From positions 672,001 through 736,000 of the forward strand of contig CAXXUA010000004.1 in the NCBI GenBank assembly GCA_963663765.2: a stretch of 64,000 nucleotides of DNA, written 5' to 3'. Origin of the DNA: Candidatus Poribacteria bacterium (GTDB lineage Bacteria > Poribacteria > WGA-4E > WGA-3G). The position numbers and the translations under genes are program-made. This document shows, piece by piece, positions 63,383 through 64,000 of the stretch. Position 1 is the first letter of the stretch; each line of letters begins with the position of its first letter. Under the pieces are notes generated by a model. The model was not told the origin of the DNA, made no database searches, and was given only the letters and a program-made list of their open reading frames with translations.

Positions 63383-64000
63383 ATGGTTTCTTTTGACTCA
63401 AATTTGGCACAACGTGTCATCTTTGGTGATAATAGTATAGAAAGACTTGCTGAATCAACTATTACGCTTGGAGGTAGTCGCGTATTACTTGTAACAGACG
63501 CAGGCATAGAAGAAGCAGGTATTCTTAAGCGTGCATATTCAGCTCTGAATAGCGAGAAGATTACGTGTTATATATTCACGGATGTTGAGTCAAATCCAAC
63601 GACAAAACATGTTCAAGCTGCAGTTGAATTTGCAAAGGTTAATGCTCCAATCGACCTCATTATTGGCTTAGGTGGTGGGAGTGCTATGGATACTGCAAAA
63701 GGTGCTAACTTCTTACTCACCAACGGTGGAAAAATGGAGGACTATTGGGGAACAAACAAAGCAACAATGCGGATGCTTCCCTCTATAGGCATTCCTACAA
63801 CCATAGGTACTGGAAGTGAAGCACAATCTTTTGCACTAATTTCACAGGAAGATTCACATGTCAAAATGGCTTGTGGAGACAAGAAAGCACAATTCCACAC
63901 GGTTATATTGGACCCAACATTAACAGAAACTTTGCCAGCATCAGTTGCAGCAGCAACGGGAATAGATGCTGTTGCACATGCAATTGAGAGTTATGTTTCA
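63383..64000 (+). CDS. Iron-containing alcohol dehydrogenase (3' end outside window)
   Basis: LLVTD, VESNP, GLGGGSAMDTAKG, IPTT.GTGSE, GIDAVAHAIESY. Confidence 0.92.
   Translation, partial: MVSFDSNLAQRVIFGDNSIERLAESTITLGGSRVLLVTDAGIEEAGILKRAYSALNSEKITCYIFTDVESNPTTKHVQAAVEFAKVNAPIDLIIGLGGGSAMDTAKGANFLLTNGGKMEDYWGTNKATMRMLPSIGIPTTIGTGSEAQSFALISQEDSHVKMACGDKKAQFHTVILDPTLTETLPASVAAATGIDAVAHAIESYVS

Noticed and set aside
1-64000. tRNA, rRNA, reverse transcriptase, retron or DGR
   Set aside because: No cloverleaf, rRNA signature or YxDD RT ORF was recognised.

Overview
Low-GC bacterial genomic window. It is probably Candidatus Poribacteria or similar; this is inferred from WD40/LRR proteins carrying cohesin, dockerin and the PNYPNPFNPETW...TATRRMLILK terminal domain, and from an AVEADGKLTTKW-type C-terminus. 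About 0.7-45.6 kb is mostly decaying accessory/defence sequence. It holds two type II TA pairs, a ParA plus small partner, a caspase-fold protease pair, a DUF2971-like gene, a frameshifted Type ISP restriction-modification gene, one intact and two truncated Cre-like tyrosine recombinases, five apparently full-length IS (IS3, three IS630, IS5) and IS701-, IS5- and IS1595-like remnants. A CRISPR array of 80 repeats and 79 spacers (31117-36403) has no intact cas genes; only a 3' cas2-like fragment survives next to IS5. Downstream of the array are an HEPN-like gene and a translationally coupled operon of proteasome-type protease, antitoxin and toxin behind a structured leader. This operon is the best candidate here for an undescribed system. 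About 45.9-64 kb carries intact housekeeping and catabolic genes (aldolase, sucC, pgk, proS, GH36-like, sucD, sulfatase, Fe-ADH) mixed with MITEs and accessory genes. All calls come from motif recognition by eye; no database searches were run.
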